This document shows positions 34,053-34,735 of a DNA stretch of 34,735 nt, one piece after another (position 1 is the stretch's first letter; every line of letters begins with the position of its first letter). The translations under genes were made by a program, and so were the position numbers. A model generated the notes under the pieces. It saw nothing but the letters and a program-made list of their open reading frames with translations, did not search any database and had not been told where the DNA came from. Origin of the DNA: Nitriliruptorales bacterium (GTDB taxonomy: Bacteria > Actinomycetota > Nitriliruptoria > Nitriliruptorales > Nitriliruptoraceae); assembly GCA_033721095.1 (NCBI GenBank), contig JAWWBG010000001.1:1-34735 (forward strand), read 5' to 3'.

Positions 34053-34075
34053 CCACGGCGCTGCTGCAGGGCGAC

Positions 34076-34408
34076 TCAGGCGCAGTCGCGACAGAGCCGC
34101 GCCTTCGTGTTGGCCATTGCGGTCATGCGAAACACCATGTGGCAACCGTTGCAGACGAACTCGCCTTCCCGCACCGGTTCGTCCTCGTCGTCCTCGTCGT
34201 CCTCGTCCTCGTCGGCGACCAGGTCGGGCTCATCGACGTCGATCGCCAGGGCTGCTTCGAGGTCGATGGAACCGCCCTCGCCATCCTCGTCGTCATCGCC
34301 GTCGGCGACATCGGCTTCATCATCGAGCGAGAAGGGCAGGCTGTCCTCGTCGAGCTCCTCGTCGTCGACATCGAGCTCAGCGACGTCCTCGGGCTCGTCA
34401 GCGGCCAC
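34076..34408 (-). CDS. DUF4193-like acidic protein with C-terminal zinc ribbon
   Basis: 110-aa ORF with an extremely acidic N-terminal 80 aa followed by 'EFVCNGCHMVFRMTAMANTKARLCRDCA'. The GTG start has AGGAG 7-8 nt upstream. Confidence 0.75.
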   Translation of the reverse strand: MAADEPEDVAELDVDDEELDEDSLPFSLDDEADVADGDDDEDGEGGSIDLEAALAIDVDEPDLVADEDEDDEDDEDEPVREGEFVCNGCHMVFRMTAMANTKARLCRDCA

Positions 34409-34517
34409 GGGGCAGTCTCCTGCGGGCGATCAGCGCGGGATTGGTACCACGACCCGCTGGCACAGGCAATGCGCACGATCCGCGTCGGTGCCAACTGGCC
34501 GCTGCGAGGGGGAAGCC

Positions 34518-34551
34518 GGGAGGTCCCGGGGCGCACCCCCCGGAACCTCCC
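34518..34551. other. Strong imperfect hairpin (14-bp arms, one mismatch, 6-nt loop)
   Basis: GGGAGGTCCCGGGG-cgcacc-CCCCGGAACCTCCC, read directly. It lies about 110 nt upstream of the DUF4193-like gene, in a non-coding stretch of more than 320 nt. Confidence 0.35.
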
Positions 34552-34735
34552 GAAGGCCGGATCCCCGCCGTTGGGGCCACGACCGAACTCGGCGGGAGCC
34601 GATCGTGTTGTCTACTGAGCGGGGCCAGATGGATGTCCCGGCCGTCATGTCCGGGGGTGGCGCGTCCGCGTCGCGTCCGACGTGTTGGTGCCCACCCCCC
34701 TCCGCCGCGGAAATGACGGTCCGGTTCCGGCCGCG

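Noticed and set aside
1-34735. CRISPR arrays, transposases, prophage genes, rRNA
   Set aside because: I saw no regularly spaced direct repeats, no IS or integrase-like ORFs and no rRNA-like segments while reading the window. The only RNA gene found is tRNA-Glu.
34430-34735. Minus-strand frame open from the window edge (includes the 72-aa ORF 34430..34648)
   Set aside because: The third-position G/C bias is clearly weaker than in real genes here, with many codons ending in A/T. The translation is R/G/P-rich with no motif, so it is treated as non-coding.

Overview
This is a very GC-rich, tightly packed chromosomal segment, with third codon positions almost all G/C and many 1-11 nt gene overlaps. 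Its gene content points to an actinobacterium: egtABCD, adjacent lnt and ppm1, a PAC2-family gene, HisN-type histidinol phosphatase, mycobacterial-type SerC, and a DUF4193-like gene. The species cannot be named from sequence alone.

Gene order, left to right:
- Tad/Flp pilus secretion core (cpaE-cpaF-tadB-tadC), plus an unusual fifth gene with pseudo-receiver, acidic/proline-rich and GAF-like regions.
- An ABC-2 exporter pair, divergent from a coupled pair: a small anchored protein and an HTTM-like membrane protein.
- A helix-hairpin-helix (HhH) protein.
- A Zn-ribbon ORF coupled to rnhA.
- PAC2, serC and an aspartate-type aminotransferase.
- A long minus-strand block: egtA-egtB-egtC-egtD, ahcY, an acidic ORF, nhaA.
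- aat, a 5'-3' exonuclease and murJ.
- A CSD-like gene followed by clpS and a DUF2017-like gene.
- A triad of SRPBCC, coiled-coil and DUF2384-like genes.
- A Cas4-like PD-(D/E)XK nuclease, hisN, a hypothetical gene and a secreted protein.
- tRNA-Glu(UUC), ppm1, lnt and a DUF4193-like gene.

I saw no CRISPR array, transposase, integrase, prophage genes or canonical defence system. Most of the window is housekeeping.

The candidates most worth a second look are hypotheses, not demonstrated systems:
- The ABC-2 / small anchored protein / HTTM-like module (6366-9490).
- The SRPBCC(RatA-like) / coiled-coil / DUF2384-like triad (26952-28010).
- The REC-like / acidic / GAF-like gene fused to the tad operon (4842-6362).
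- The CSD-like / clpS / DUF2017-like operon, with aat about 3 kb away.
- Several structured or repeat-bearing intergenic regions: 11019-11128, 30403-30711 and 34409-34735.

All family assignments rest on motif recognition by eye. No searches were run.
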